Positions 8,226 to 18,957 of a stretch of 32,000 nucleotides of DNA are shown one piece after another. The notes beneath the pieces are model-generated. The model saw only the letters and a list, made by a program, of their open reading frames with translations. It was not told the origin of the DNA and made no database searches. Each line of letters begins with the position of its first letter. Within the stretch, counting starts at the first letter, position 1. The stretch comes from Pasteurella multocida (lineage in GTDB: Bacteria > Pseudomonadota > Gammaproteobacteria > Enterobacterales > Pasteurellaceae), in NCBI RefSeq assembly GCF_900187275.1, contig NZ_LT906458.1:660001-692000 (forward strand). Direction: 5' to 3'. Both the position numbers and the translations under genes were made by a program.

Positions 8226-8258
8226 AAAAGGCTAGAATGATTTCTAGCCTTTTTTCTT
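8226..8258. terminator. Bidirectional terminator between the yqjK-like gene (+) and topA (-)
   Basis: AAAAGGCTAGAA (8226-8237) pairs with TTCTAGCCTTTT (8242-8253) across a 4-nt loop. It is flanked by an A-run upstream and a T-run downstream. Confidence 0.8.
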
Positions 8259-8275
8259 CTTGAAGTTTGTGTTGC

Positions 8276-10882
8276 TTATTTTTTTCGCTCTACCCACTGA
8301 TTACCAAGGTAATCCACAATCCATTTTGTTGCTTTACCATTCTTTTCAGAAGTAACATATTGACGTTTTTCTTTACGGCTAAAGCGCACAATAGCATCAT
8401 TACCTTCGGGATCATGTTGTGGTGCATCAGCTAAATAACGTAATTTTTCTGGCAAACGATCACGATATAATGCTAATTCAGCCACTTTCGGTGCGCGGGT
8501 TTCACGCGATTTTGGAAAATTATGAGCGGACATAAACACACCACTTGCCCCATCACGTAATACAAAATAAGCATCCGATTTTTCACATTTCAGTTCTGGG
8601 AAATGAGTCGGTTCTTCTTTTGGTGGTGCAACTTCCCCACTTTTTAGAATCTTACGGGTATTATCACAGCTGGTGCAGCCCATGTATTTACCAAAACGAC
8701 CCAATTTCAGATGCATGTCCGCACCGCATTTATCGCATTCGACAATCGGACCATCATAGCCTTTAATCTTGAAACTGCCCTGTTCTAACACATAACCATC
8801 ACAATTCGGATTATGCCCGCAAATATGAATTTTACGTTCTGGATCAATTAGATAACTGTCCATTGCTGTACCACATTTTGGACAGCGTTTACGTTCCATT
8901 AACGCCTTGGTTTCAGAAGCCTCATCTAACACATTGAGCAATTCAGCTTCTGGAATTAAGTTCATTGTAGTTTTACAGCGCTCTTTTGCTGGCAAGGCAT
9001 AACCACTGCAACCTAAAAACACCCCAGTACTTGCGGTGCGAATTGCCATTTTACGACCACAAGTTGGACAGTTAATATCGGTTGGGACTAAACTATTTGG
9101 TTTCATTCCACCTTCTAATTCATCCAGTTCCGCCTGGCTTAACTGTTGCGAAAAATCTTTAAAGAATTGATTAAGTTCGGTTTTCCAATTTTTCTCACCG
9201 TTCGCAATTTGGTCCAAGATGTTTTCCATATTGGCGGTGAAATCGTAATTCATCAACGCTGTGAAAGATTGATTTAAACGGTCAGTGACAATTTCGCCCA
9301 TTTTTTCGGCATAAAAACGACGATTTTCCACTCGTACATAGCCACGTTCTTGAATCGTTGAAATAATTGCTGCGTATGTAGAGGGACGCCCAATCCCACG
9401 TTTTTCAAGTTCTTTGACCAACGCCGCTTCACTAAAACGTGCTGGAGGTTTGGTAAATAACTGTTCGGGTAAAACATGCTCTAAATGCAATTTTTCATTC
9501 AGCTGCACATCTGGCAACACTTGATCTTCAGCATTTTTACTCATTGTAGGTAAGACTTTTGTCCAACCATCAAAACGTAAAATACGTCCTTTCGCTTTTA
9601 ATTCATACTCTCCCGCGCGAACCGTAACCGTTGTACTGTCATATTGCGCCGCTGGCATTTGGCAAGCGACAAACTGACGCCAAATCAGATCATATAAACG
9701 TACCGCATCTTTATCCATGCCTGTCAATTGCTCTGCTAATGTATTGACATCCGATGGACGAATTGCTTCATGAGCTTCTTGTGCATTTTCTTTACTTGAA
9801 TAAAACACAGGTTTGCTCGGCAAATAGCTTTCGCCATAATGTGATTGAATATAGCCACGCACCATCTTTAACGCATCTTGACTCAAATTCGTGGAGTCTG
9901 TACGCATATAGGTAATATAACCTGCTTCATATAAACGCTGTGCGAGCATCATGGTTTTCTTTACCCCAAACCCTAGACGTGTACTGGCGGTTTGCTGTAA
10001 TGTCGAGGTAATAAAAGGGGCCTTCGCTCGAGAATGGGTTGGTTTCGTTTCTAAATCGGAAACCACATAGTCAGCATGCTGTAAAAAATCTACCGCACTT
10101 TGTGCTTGCGTGGCATTTTTCGGCTCAAATTTTTTCCCTTTAAATTGGGTTACGGCTAAACGTAATGCTTGTTTCGCTTGCGTTTGCGTTAAAACGTCAA
10201 TTTCCCAATATTCTTCGGGCTGAAAGGCTTTAATTTCACGCTCACGTTCTACTACTAATTTGACAGCAACAGATTGAACACGCCCAGCAGATAAGCCTCG
10301 GGCTACTTTTTTCCATAATAAAGGCGACACCATAAAACCGACCACGCGGTCTAAAAAGCGACGGGTTTGTTGGGCATTTACACGATCTAAATTCAGTTGT
10401 TCTGGCTTTTCAAAGGCTTGTTGAATCGCGTTCTTCGTGATTTCGTTAAATACGACACGACTAAAACGTGCATCATCCCCCCCGATCACCTCACGCAAAT
10501 GCCAAGCAATGGCTTCTCCTTCTCTATCCAAATCGGTAGCAAGATAAATATGATCGGCTTTTTTGGCTAATGATTTTAATTCGGCAACCACTTTCTCTTT
10601 GCCGGGCAAAATTTGGTAATTGGCTTTCCATTGATGATAAGGGTCAATTCCCATACGTTTGACTAACGCATTGCGATCTTTTTCTTGCTTAATCGCGCTT
10701 TTTTCTTCCGCACTTAATCCTTTCGTGGAAATTGCTTTTGCTTTCTCACCATTACTTGAACCGACCGTAGGGAGATCACGGATATGGCCCACACTAGATT
10801 TAACAACATAATTACTGCCTAGATATTTATTAATGGTTTTTGCCTTTGCCGGCGACTCCACAATAACCAAGGATTTACTCAT
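8276..10882 (-). CDS. topA: DNA topoisomerase I
   Basis: The Toprim N-terminus [19 protein letters not shown] is close to E. coli TopA, and the active-site region YITYMRTDS is present. The C-terminus carries tetracysteine Zn-ribbon repeats (CPTCG..., CPKCG..., CDKCG...). The ORF track starts at GTG 10900. ATG 10882 ([15 protein letters not shown]) matches the family N-terminus. Confidence 0.95.
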   Translation of the reverse strand: MSKSLVIVESPAKAKTINKYLGSNYVVKSSVGHIRDLPTVGSSNGEKAKAISTKGLSAEEKSAIKQEKDRNALVKRMGIDPYHQWKANYQILPGKEKVVAELKSLAKKADHIYLATDLDREGEAIAWHLREVIGGDDARFSRVVFNEITKNAIQQAFEKPEQLNLDRVNAQQTRRFLDRVVGFMVSPLLWKKVARGLSAGRVQSVAVKLVVEREREIKAFQPEEYWEIDVLTQTQAKQALRLAVTQFKGKKFEPKNATQAQSAVDFLQHADYVVSDLETKPTHSRAKAPFITSTLQQTASTRLGFGVKKTMMLAQRLYEAGYITYMRTDSTNLSQDALKMVRGYIQSHYGESYLPSKPVFYSSKENAQEAHEAIRPSDVNTLAEQLTGMDKDAVRLYDLIWRQFVACQMPAAQYDSTTVTVRAGEYELKAKGRILRFDGWTKVLPTMSKNAEDQVLPDVQLNEKLHLEHVLPEQLFTKPPARFSEAALVKELEKRGIGRPSTYAAIISTIQERGYVRVENRRFYAEKMGEIVTDRLNQSFTALMNYDFTANMENILDQIANGEKNWKTELNQFFKDFSQQLSQAELDELEGGMKPNSLVPTDINCPTCGRKMAIRTASTGVFLGCSGYALPAKERCKTTMNLIPEAELLNVLDEASETKALMERKRCPKCGTAMDSYLIDPERKIHICGHNPNCDGYVLEQGSFKIKGYDGPIVECDKCGADMHLKLGRFGKYMGCTSCDNTRKILKSGEVAPPKEEPTHFPELKCEKSDAYFVLRDGASGVFMSAHNFPKSRETRAPKVAELALYRDRLPEKLRYLADAPQHDPEGNDAIVRFSRKEKRQYVTSEKNGKATKWIVDYLGNQWVERKK

Positions 10883-10924
10883 TCTCTTACCCAGTTTCAC
10901 TTAAATTTCTATAAAATAGTCGCT

Positions 10925-10953
10925 ATATTGCTAACTATCTGCTTGTAGGTCAA
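10925..10953 (-). promoter_or_regulatory. Candidate topA promoter
   Basis: On the minus strand: TTGACC (10953-10948), a 17-nt spacer and CAATAT (10930-10925). This is a weak pattern match only. Confidence 0.3.
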
Positions 10954-11042
10954 CTCTTTTTTTAAAAAATGACATATAAATGCCTAAACCCACCCCACTT
11001 TATCAAATGGCAATTGATAACAAATGATGGCGAGGCAACATC

Positions 11043-11876
11043 TTAGTTGGGCGATAACTTTGTCCAAATTGGCACGCAATTAGCAGGCAATAGTAACGAC
11101 TTGCCTAACTCAACCCAACCACAGGGAAAATGAAAATCTGATCCAACAGAGCTCAGTAAACCAAATTCCGTTGCCCATTGGGCGAGAAGCAAACGTTGTT
11201 CTGGTGCCTGTCCACAGCCCGCGACTTCAATCGCATCGCCTCCCCATTGTGCAAAATCGGCAATTAATTTTTTGACCCATTTATTGGTTAAGGTATAGCG
11301 TAAAGGATGTGCTAAAACAGCGAGTCCACCGGCTTGATGAATGACCTCAATTGCAGTTGGAATATCACACCATTGTGCTTTTACATAGCAAGACTTGCCT
11401 TGTGAGAGATACTTTTTAAAAGCTTGTCCCTCATTCGAGACTTTACCCATTTGTACCAACAAACGTGCGTAATGTGCTCTTGTCACTTCTCCCGTTGCTA
11501 ACATTTTGGCTTGCTCAAATGCATCTGCAATGCCAACTTTTGCTAATTTGTCACTAATCTCAAGCGCACGTTGATAGCGTAATGCCGCTTGTTGACGTAA
11601 AAGCGCGGTCATTTTTGCTGAAGTTTCATCAAAACCCAATCCAACAATATGAATAGCACGATTTTCCCAAGTGGTTGAAATTTCGACGCCACTTATCAAG
11701 GTTAAATCGGCTTGTTGTACGGCTAAACGGGCTTCTGCAAGCCCTGCCGTAGTATCATGATCAGTCAAGGCAAGTACATTTACTCCCTTTTCAACAGCAC
11801 GTGCAACGACTTCTGTCGGTGATAATACGCCATCAGAAGCAGTACTATGGCAATGAAGATCATAAATTGTTGTCAT
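11043..11876 (-). CDS. trpH: PHP-domain protein TrpH/YciV (RNase AM, 5'-3' exoribonuclease family)
   Basis: 277 aa. The N-terminal PHP motif YDLHCHSTASDG and the later LTDHDT and LAHP histidine motifs are typical of TrpH/YciV. Confidence 0.85.
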   Translation of the reverse strand: MTTIYDLHCHSTASDGVLSPTEVVARAVEKGVNVLALTDHDTTAGLAEARLAVQQADLTLISGVEISTTWENRAIHIVGLGFDETSAKMTALLRQQAALRYQRALEISDKLAKVGIADAFEQAKMLATGEVTRAHYARLLVQMGKVSNEGQAFKKYLSQGKSCYVKAQWCDIPTAIEVIHQAGGLAVLAHPLRYTLTNKWVKKLIADFAQWGGDAIEVAGCGQAPEQRLLLAQWATEFGLLSSVGSDFHFPCGWVELGKSLLLPANCVPIWTKLSPN

Positions 11877-11962
11877 CTGTTATCCTAATTTGAACCTGTA
11901 AAAGTGGGAAGCGATGAAAGAATCAGGGCAGATATGTGAATCCGCCCTTTATCTTCGTTACC

Positions 11963-12982
11963 CTATTTAATCTGTTGAACCAATTGTTTAATTAAGTGTG
12001 GACCGTGATAAATTAAGCCGGAATAAAGTTGTAGCAACTCTGCGCCAGCCTTGATTTTCTCTTGCGCATTGGCAACACTATCAATCCCTCCACTACCAAT
12101 AATCGGAATTTGACCTTTCAATTCTTGGTGAAGTCTTGCAATAATTTCTGTGCTTTTTTGTTGTAACGGTTTGCCACTAAGTCCACCTTGTTGTTCGGCA
12201 TTTTGCAAGCCACTTACGGTATCTCGTGAAATCGTGGTATTGGTCGCAATGACGGCATCCATTTTGTGACGTTGTAATGTATCAGCAATTTGTACGACCT
12301 CACCCTCTGTGAGATCTGGCGCAATTTTAACCGCAATAGGCACGTATTTCTGATATTGCTCAGCTAAATCTTTTTGACGCGCTTTCACCCCTTGCAATAA
12401 ATCCTCTAACGCCTCGCCATACTGTAATTGACGTAAGCCCGGTGAGTTAGGTGATGAAATGTTAATGGTAATGTAATCCGCGTAGTGATAGGCTTTATTT
12501 AAGCAAATGAGGTAATCGGCTTTGCCATTTTCTACTGACGTAAAGGTATTCTTGCCAATATTAATGCCTAAAATGCCGTCATATTTAGCTTGTTTCACAT
12601 TTTCGATTAAATAATCAATGCCGTAATTATTAAAACCATTCCGATTAATAATCCCCTCAGCTTCTGGTAAGCGAAATTGACGAGGTTTCGGGGTACCCTC
12701 TTGTGCCAAAGGCGTCACTGTTCCCACTTCGATAAAGCCAAATCCCATTGCTGCAAAACCATCAATAGCTTCGCCATTTTTATCTGCCCCAGCAGCCAAG
12801 CCAATTGGGTTTTTAAAGTGCAGTCCCATGATTGTCTTCGGGCTACCCGTCGGACAAGCAAACAAGGTTTTTAACAATGGATTGAACGGGGAACGTCCCA
12901 GCGTTTTTAATGTTTTAATCGTGAGATCATGTGCTTGTTCAGCATCAAGGGAAAAAAGGGCTTTGCGGATTAATGCATACAT
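11963..12982 (-). CDS. pyrD: Dihydroorotate dehydrogenase (quinone), class 2
   Basis: 339 aa with full-length resemblance to class 2 PyrD. Features include the N-terminal membrane-association helix, [22 protein letters not shown] and GGIDS motifs. Confidence 0.95.
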   Translation of the reverse strand: MYALIRKALFSLDAEQAHDLTIKTLKTLGRSPFNPLLKTLFACPTGSPKTIMGLHFKNPIGLAAGADKNGEAIDGFAAMGFGFIEVGTVTPLAQEGTPKPRQFRLPEAEGIINRNGFNNYGIDYLIENVKQAKYDGILGINIGKNTFTSVENGKADYLICLNKAYHYADYITINISSPNSPGLRQLQYGEALEDLLQGVKARQKDLAEQYQKYVPIAVKIAPDLTEGEVVQIADTLQRHKMDAVIATNTTISRDTVSGLQNAEQQGGLSGKPLQQKSTEIIARLHQELKGQIPIIGSGGIDSVANAQEKIKAGAELLQLYSGLIYHGPHLIKQLVQQIK

Positions 12983-13086
12983 ACTCGTTTATCTCTCTGG
13001 ATAGTTTAACTGTGAAAATCTGCCGGATTATACGCTTTTCAACATAAAATGTAATGAAAAATTGAACTTTGTGTGAGCCATCAGAT

Positions 13087-13130
13087 AAAAAAGTGCGGTC
13101 ATTTTTTTACATTTTTGACCGCACTTTAAG
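13087..13130 (-). terminator. pepN terminator formed by an inverted USS pair
   Basis: USS cores lie at 13091-13099 (+) and 13118-13126 (-). AAAAGTGCGGTCA pairs with TGACCGCACTTT across an 18-nt loop. On the minus strand a TTTT run follows the stem. It sits 5 nt downstream of the pepN stop. Confidence 0.8.
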
Positions 13131-13134
13131 CTAT

Positions 13135-15744
13135 CTATTGTAAGGCTTTTTCGATTTTCTCATATAAATCACGAGAAATATTTTCCACTTCGCTTAAACG
13201 TTCTAACCCACGTTTCATCAAGGTTTGTCGTTGTCCATCATAACGCGAGAAACGAATTAATGGCTCAATTAAACGCGATGCCACTTGTGGATTGCTCTCA
13301 TTTAAACGAATCAAAATATCGGTTAAGAAACGATAACCTGAACCATCAATAGCGTGGAACGCTTTCAAGTTATGATTGGCGAAACTACCGACTAAGGCTC
13401 TTAAACGGTTTGGGTTATTAAAGTTGAAACTTGGATGATCCATTAATTTCATCACATTCAATAACACATCGTCATCTGGACGTGTCGCTTGTAGCGCAAA
13501 CCATTTATCCATCACTAAGCCATCATGTTGCCATTTGCTTTCAAAGTCCGCTAATAAGGTATCACGGCAAGGTAGCTGTGCTTTAGTCGCCGCACTTAAA
13601 GCTGCCAAAGTGTCTGTCATATTATTGGCATAACTATAATGTTTATTCACCAAGTTATTCCCAACCGTCGTATATGCCAAATAACTCACACACAGATTAC
13701 GCAGGGCACGCAAAGCAATATCTTCTGGGTTAACACGATATACCTCTAAACGAATGTCGTTATACACTTTTAATAACGTTTGTTTCAGACTTTCTGCAAT
13801 CGTGCGCACCATAAAATCACGCACCACACTAATCCCTTCTGGATCAATAGTTTTGAATAACTCGGCAAACTCAGTGACTTTTGGCAAAGTCAAAATGAGA
13901 GTAGCCAATTCAGGATCTTGCTGATAACCGTCTAAAATTTGGTATAACTCCGCCAATACCTCAGCAGAAAATTCTAAACTTTTGCCTTGTTGATAGCGAG
14001 TGAGATTACGACGTAATTCTGCGGCATAAAGCATTTGTGCCACATCCCAACGCACAAATTGATTTTCGGCATGGCGTAATAATGTGATTAACTGTGCCGT
14101 ACTATACTCATAATGCAATTTGACTGGTGCCGAGAAATCACATAGCAAGGCGGGGACAGGTTTGCTTTTTACCCCTGTAAATTGGAAACTTTGCTCCGCT
14201 TGTTTAACATCGAGAACGGGGTTAATAATTTGACCATCGTTTTCTAAAACTTGCGCTTGACCGTTTTTATCGTATAACGCGATTTTTAATGGAATATGTA
14301 AATTGACTTTTTCCATTTGGTCTGCAGTGGGTGGCGTATGCTGTGCCACATGTAAAGTATAAACCGCCGTTTCGGGATCATAGCTATCTGTAATGGTTAA
14401 TTCTGGCGTACCTGATTGGCTATACCAATGACGGAACTGTGTTAAATCAATGCCTGATGCACGTTCCATTGCCGATACAAAATCTTCACAAGTTGCCGCT
14501 TTGCCATCTTGTTCCGCCACATACAGTTGCATCCCTTTTTGGAATAACGTTTCGCCTAATAAGGTATGCATCATACGAATCACTTCTGCCCCTTTTTCAT
14601 ACACAGTCATGGTATAGAAGTTATTCATCTCAATTACTTTATCCGGGCGAATTGGGTGAGACATTGGACTGGCATCTTCGGCAAATTGTGCTGTGCGTAA
14701 TAAACGGACATCTTCAATACGCTTACCGGAGCGCGACCAAAGGTCCGAAGTAAATTCTTGATCACGGAAAACGGTTAAGCCTTCTTTTAAGCTTAATTGG
14801 AACCAGTCACGACAGGTGATACGGTTCCCTGTCCAGTTATGGAAATATTCATGGGCGATGACACTTTCTACCGCAATATAATCTTCGTCTGTGGCGGTTT
14901 GCGGATTGGCTAACACAAATTTCGAGTTAAACACATTTAACCCTTTATTTTCCATCGCTCCCATGTTGAAGAAATCAACCGCCACGATCATATAAATATC
15001 CAAATCGTATTCAAGACCAAAGCGATCTTCATCCCATTTCATCGAGCGTTTTAAACTTTGCATTGCCCACTCTGCACGGTCTAAATTACCACGATCAACA
15101 AAAAGTTCTAACGCAACCTCTCGTCCACTTTTAGTTGTAAAAGTATCGCTTAATACATCAAAGTCCCCCGCCACTAATGCAAACAGATAGCTTGGTTTCG
15201 GAAATGGATCATGCCATTCCACCCAATGACGTCCATCAGGCAGTTCGCCACTGTCAACACGGTTCCCATTCGATAATAAATAAGGATATTTACTTTTATC
15301 TGCTGTAATTTTCGTCGTATAGCGTGCTAATACATCCGGGCGATCTAACATATAAGTGATTTGGCGGAACCCCTCTGCTTCACATTGCGTACACATCCCC
15401 TCACCTGATTGGTATAACCCTTGTAATGACGTATTTTTTTCTGGGCTTAAAATACTCACCACTTCCAAGCTAAATTGGTCTGCATCAACGGCACTTAAAT
15501 TTAGGCTTAAACTCTCCCCATCTTGCTCAAAATGTTTAAAATCACGACCATTTAATTTGAGCGATGAAAATTGGAAACTGTGTCCATCTAAACGTAATTT
15601 TTGTGCTTGAGGATTTAAACGACGAAATTGGCTCGTGGCAGTAACCACTGTTTTTTTCGGATCAAGTTGAAAATCAAGCGCGATTTCTGTCACGGTGAAG
15701 TCTGGAGTACGATAATCTTTTCTGTATTTGGCTTTGGCTTGCAT
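13135..15744 (-). CDS. pepN: Aminopeptidase N (M1 family)
   Basis: 869 aa. It carries the GAMEN motif (GAMENKGLN) and the zinc site HEYFHNWTGNR...WFQLSLKEGLTVF. Confidence 0.95.
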   Translation of the reverse strand: MQAKAKYRKDYRTPDFTVTEIALDFQLDPKKTVVTATSQFRRLNPQAQKLRLDGHSFQFSSLKLNGRDFKHFEQDGESLSLNLSAVDADQFSLEVVSILSPEKNTSLQGLYQSGEGMCTQCEAEGFRQITYMLDRPDVLARYTTKITADKSKYPYLLSNGNRVDSGELPDGRHWVEWHDPFPKPSYLFALVAGDFDVLSDTFTTKSGREVALELFVDRGNLDRAEWAMQSLKRSMKWDEDRFGLEYDLDIYMIVAVDFFNMGAMENKGLNVFNSKFVLANPQTATDEDYIAVESVIAHEYFHNWTGNRITCRDWFQLSLKEGLTVFRDQEFTSDLWSRSGKRIEDVRLLRTAQFAEDASPMSHPIRPDKVIEMNNFYTMTVYEKGAEVIRMMHTLLGETLFQKGMQLYVAEQDGKAATCEDFVSAMERASGIDLTQFRHWYSQSGTPELTITDSYDPETAVYTLHVAQHTPPTADQMEKVNLHIPLKIALYDKNGQAQVLENDGQIINPVLDVKQAEQSFQFTGVKSKPVPALLCDFSAPVKLHYEYSTAQLITLLRHAENQFVRWDVAQMLYAAELRRNLTRYQQGKSLEFSAEVLAELYQILDGYQQDPELATLILTLPKVTEFAELFKTIDPEGISVVRDFMVRTIAESLKQTLLKVYNDIRLEVYRVNPEDIALRALRNLCVSYLAYTTVGNNLVNKHYSYANNMTDTLAALSAATKAQLPCRDTLLADFESKWQHDGLVMDKWFALQATRPDDDVLLNVMKLMDHPSFNFNNPNRLRALVGSFANHNLKAFHAIDGSGYRFLTDILIRLNESNPQVASRLIEPLIRFSRYDGQRQTLMKRGLERLSEVENISRDLYEKIEKALQ

Positions 15745-15838
15745 AAAACAACCTATTGTTATTCTTAAGACTAAAAAATGTAGTTAGGATATGATTTTCT
15801 TGACAAACTTGCAATCGTCTTTTCGTGTAGAAAAAACA

Positions 15839-15854
15839 AGGCAATCGTTTGCTT
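15839..15854. promoter_or_regulatory. Candidate PurR operator (pur box) overlapping the purE -35
   Basis: AGGCAATCGTTTGCTT matches the E. coli pur-box consensus ACGCAAACGTTTTCTT at 13 of 16 positions. It overlaps a possible promoter TTGCTT (15849-15854), 16-nt spacer, TATCCT (15871-15876). A second GCAATCGT copy lies at 15811-15818. Confidence 0.5.
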
Positions 15855-15914
15855 ATTAATTATTGTATGCTATCCTAGCCACGCTTTAATTTTTGAATAA
15901 CATGAAGGAATGAC

Positions 15915-16415
15915 ATGTCAAATTGCACACCTCAAATTGCGATTGTAATGGGCTCAAAAAGCGACTGGGCAACCATGCAAGAAGCAACTCATATTCTTGA
16001 TGAATTACAAATTCCTTACCACGTTGAAGTGGTGTCTGCACATCGTACCCCTGATAAATTGTTCACTTTTGCAGAAACAGCGACGGCGAAAGGTTACAAA
16101 GTGATTATCGCAGGTGCCGGCGGTGCTGCCCATTTACCGGGTATGATCGCGTCAAAAACTTTAGTCCCTGTATTGGGCGTACCGGTCAAAAGTTCGATGT
16201 TAAGTGGCGTTGATAGTTTGTATTCGATTGTGCAAATGCCTAAGGGGATTCCTGTCGGAACCTTAGCGATAGGTCCCGCAGGAGCGGCTAATGCAGGTTT
16301 ATTAGCGGCACAAATCTTAGCAGCCTTTGACTCCTCGCTCCTGACAAGATTAACGGCATTTCGAGAAAAACAAACAAATAACGTACTAGAAAATCCTGAT
16401 CCACGGATGCCATAG
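15915..16415 (+). CDS. purE: N5-carboxyaminoimidazole ribonucleotide mutase
   Basis: 166 aa with the IVMGSKSDW and SAHRTP motifs. An AAGGAA ribosome-binding site precedes it. Confidence 0.95.
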   Translation: MSNCTPQIAIVMGSKSDWATMQEATHILDELQIPYHVEVVSAHRTPDKLFTFAETATAKGYKVIIAGAGGAAHLPGMIASKTLVPVLGVPVKSSMLSGVDSLYSIVQMPKGIPVGTLAIGPAGAANAGLLAAQILAAFDSSLLTRLTAFREKQTNNVLENPDPRMP

Positions 16416-16421
16416 CATTTT

Positions 16422-16443
16422 AGGGCGGACAGTTGTTCGCCCT
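16422..16443 (+). other. GC-rich hairpin in the purE-purK spacer
   Basis: AGGGCGGA (16422-16429) pairs with TTCGCCCT (16436-16443) as 8 bp including one G-U pair. The loop is 6 nt and GTCTCTTTT follows. Confidence 0.4.
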
Positions 16444-16466
16444 GTCTCTTTTACTTTCTTTATATA

Positions 16467-17567
16467 ATGGTTTTGAATATGCAAAAAAGTGCTTTATATC
16501 CAACAGTGTATGTCCTCGGTAATGGACAGCTCGGGCGAATGTTACGTTATGCGGGTGCCCCTTTAGATATTGATGTCCAACCGCTTGCTTTTAATACCCC
16601 ACGCTTTGACTTAGCAACGGACAGTATCATCACCGCAGAAATTGAACGTTGGGAAAAAACACCTTTAACAGAAATGCTTGCTCATCACGCCAATTTTGTG
16701 AATCAGAGTGTGTTTGCCAAATTAGCTGATCGGTTATCACAAAAAACTTTGCTTGATGCACTCCAATTACCGACTTCCCCATGGTGTTTATTAAAAGACA
16801 AAAATCAATGGTCAACGGTATTTGATAGCATTGGCGAGAAAGTCGTCGTCAAACGTCGTATGGGGGGCTATGATGGTCGAGGTCAGTGGATTGTTCAACA
16901 ACAAAATACCGATGCCATTACTGACGATTTATACGGTGAAACCATTGTTGAAAAATTTATTCCTTTTGATTATGAAATTTCTCTTGTAGGCGCACGTTTT
17001 AAAAATGGTGAAACACGCTTCTATCCTGTCACGCACAATTTACAACAAAATGGTATTTTGCGTTATAGCGTGGTCGATGTAGATTTCCCACAACAAGCAC
17101 AACAGCAAGCCAGCGCCGAAGCCATGCTAAGCAAAATTATGCACCAATTAAATTATGTTGGGGTGATGGCAATGGAATGTTTTGTGGTCGGTGATCAGCT
17201 ATTAATTAATGAATTGGCGCCTCGTGTTCATAACAGTGGACATTGGACACAACTAGGTTGTGCCATTAGTCAATTTGAATTGCATTTGCGTGCGTTATTG
17301 AATTTACCCACACCAACACTTGGCACCTTTGCGCCGAGTGTGATGGTCAATCTGATTGGGACAGAACACAATCTGGCTTGGTTAAATACGCCATTCAGCC
17401 AACTACATTGGTATGGCAAAGAAGTGCGTCCCGGACGTAAAGTGGGACACATTAACTTTACACATATTGATAAAAAAGTATTGATCGCAAGCTTAACCAC
17501 ATTATCACAGGCGTTACCTGCGGATTATCAATCTGGTTTAAATTGGGCAATAGAAAAATTACAATAA
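16467..17567 (+). CDS. purK: N5-carboxyaminoimidazole ribonucleotide synthase (ATP-grasp)
   Basis: It is collinear with E. coli PurK (VLGNGQLGRM, GGYDGRGQW, INELAPRVHNSGHWT, ISQFELHLRA, EVRPGRKVGH). The start is ambiguous between ATG 16467 and ATG 16479 (MQKSALY...), and neither has a clear SD. Confidence 0.9.
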   Translation: MVLNMQKSALYPTVYVLGNGQLGRMLRYAGAPLDIDVQPLAFNTPRFDLATDSIITAEIERWEKTPLTEMLAHHANFVNQSVFAKLADRLSQKTLLDALQLPTSPWCLLKDKNQWSTVFDSIGEKVVVKRRMGGYDGRGQWIVQQQNTDAITDDLYGETIVEKFIPFDYEISLVGARFKNGETRFYPVTHNLQQNGILRYSVVDVDFPQQAQQQASAEAMLSKIMHQLNYVGVMAMECFVVGDQLLINELAPRVHNSGHWTQLGCAISQFELHLRALLNLPTPTLGTFAPSVMVNLIGTEHNLAWLNTPFSQLHWYGKEVRPGRKVGHINFTHIDKKVLIASLTTLSQALPADYQSGLNWAIEKLQ

Positions 17568-17640
17568 TTCAATTTATTTACTGATTTTTAAGAGATTATT
17601 CAAAAAATAGGATTAGTTTTTAAATTCCTTTAAAGCGGGC

Positions 17641-17669
17641 TTGATAATATTTGCCTCGTGCAGTATAAC
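17641..17669 (+). promoter_or_regulatory. Candidate aspC promoter
   Basis: TTGATA (17641-17646), a 17-nt spacer and TATAAC (17664-17669), about 40 nt upstream of the aspC ATG. The ORF-track TTG start at 17641 coincides with this -35 hexamer. Confidence 0.45.
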
Positions 17670-17709
17670 TAGCTCACCGATAACTAAACACAACATTAAG
17701 GATTTCATT

Positions 17710-18900
17710 ATGTTTGAAAATATTACCGCCGCGCCAGCTGATCCGATTTTAGGTTTAGGGGAATCATTCAAAGCGGAAACGCGCGATAATAAAATCAATC
17801 TTGGCATTGGTGTATATAAAGATGCTAAAGGCAATACACCAATTATGCGTGCGGTCAAAGAGGCAGAAAAGCGCTTATTTGATCTTGAAATGAGCAAAAA
17901 TTATTTAGCTATTGACGGGGTTGCAGAATTCAATGCCTGTACGAAAGAATTGTTATTTGGCGCAGATTCAGAGATAGTTAAACAAGGTCGTGCAAAAACC
18001 GTTCAAAGTTTAGGTGGTACTGGTGCATTACGTATCGCAGCAGAGTTTATTAAACGCCAAACTAAATCACAAAATGTTTGGATTAGCACACCAACTTGGC
18101 CAAACCATAATGCGATTTTTAATGCTGTCGGCATGACGATTCGTGAATACCGTTATTATGATGCAGAGAATAAATGTTTAGATTGGGATAACTTAATTGC
18201 TGATTTAAGCAATGCGGGGGAAGGCGATGTTGTTTTACTACATGGGTGCTGTCATAACCCGACAGGAATCGACCCTACTCCAGCACAATGGCAACAATTA
18301 GCCAAAATGTCGGAAGAAAAAGGTTGGTTACCGTTATTTGATTTTGCTTACCAAGGTTTTGCAAATGGTCTCGAAGAAGATGCGTTTGGTTTACGTACCT
18401 TTGCCAAAAATCATAAAGAATTATTAGTCGCAAGTTCTTATTCTAAAAACTTTGGTCTTTATAGCGAGCGCGTTGGTGCTTTCACGTTAGTGGCAGAAAC
18501 AGAGCAAGTGGCCGCGACGGCACTCACGCAAGTCAAAACCATTATTCGTACGCTCTATTCTAACCCAGCATCACATGGCGCAACGACAGTTTCTATGGTA
18601 TTAAAAGACAGTCAGTTACGTGCCGAGTGGGAAAACGAATTAACCGAAATGCGTGAACGTATTAAGCAAATGCGTAGCCAATTTGTTGAATTATTGAAAG
18701 CATTTGCTTCAGAACAAGATTTTAGTTTTATTATTGATCAAAATGGGATGTTCTCTTTCTGTGGCTTAAATCCAGCACAAATGGATCGTTTAAAAGAGGA
18801 ATTTGCTATTTATGCCGTGCGTTCTGGTCGGATTAATGTCGCAGGCATTACTGAACAGAATATTCGTTATCTGTGTGAAAGTATTGCGAAAGTCCTGTAA
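17710..18900 (+). CDS. aspC: Aspartate aminotransferase (class I)
   Basis: [16 protein letters not shown] is the canonical AspC N-terminus. The PLP-lysine region SYSKNFGLY is present. Starting at ATG 17710, which has an AAGGA SD, gives 396 aa, the same length as E. coli AspC. The ORF track begins 23 codons too early. Confidence 0.95.
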   Translation: MFENITAAPADPILGLGESFKAETRDNKINLGIGVYKDAKGNTPIMRAVKEAEKRLFDLEMSKNYLAIDGVAEFNACTKELLFGADSEIVKQGRAKTVQSLGGTGALRIAAEFIKRQTKSQNVWISTPTWPNHNAIFNAVGMTIREYRYYDAENKCLDWDNLIADLSNAGEGDVVLLHGCCHNPTGIDPTPAQWQQLAKMSEEKGWLPLFDFAYQGFANGLEEDAFGLRTFAKNHKELLVASSYSKNFGLYSERVGAFTLVAETEQVAATALTQVKTIIRTLYSNPASHGATTVSMVLKDSQLRAEWENELTEMRERIKQMRSQFVELLKAFASEQDFSFIIDQNGMFSFCGLNPAQMDRLKEEFAIYAVRSGRINVAGITEQNIRYLCESIAKVL

Positions 18901-18920
18901 TTATACTTTCATAACAAAGA

Positions 18921-18957
18921 AAAAACCGCACTATAAAAAGTGCGGTTCTTTTTTTAC
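18921..18957. terminator. Bidirectional terminator between aspC (+) and moaE (-), containing a USS
   Basis: AACCGCACT (18924-18932) pairs with AGTGCGGTT (18939-18947) across a 6-nt loop. It has an A-run upstream and a T7 run downstream. A perfect USS core lies at 18938-18946, and the left arm is an 8/9 match. Confidence 0.8.

Noticed and set aside
17613-17897. A 94-aa minus-strand ORF overlapping the aspC 5' region.
   Set aside because: It overlaps the aspC promoter, ribosome-binding site and N-terminal coding region, which matches the canonical AspC N-terminus. It has no independent support.
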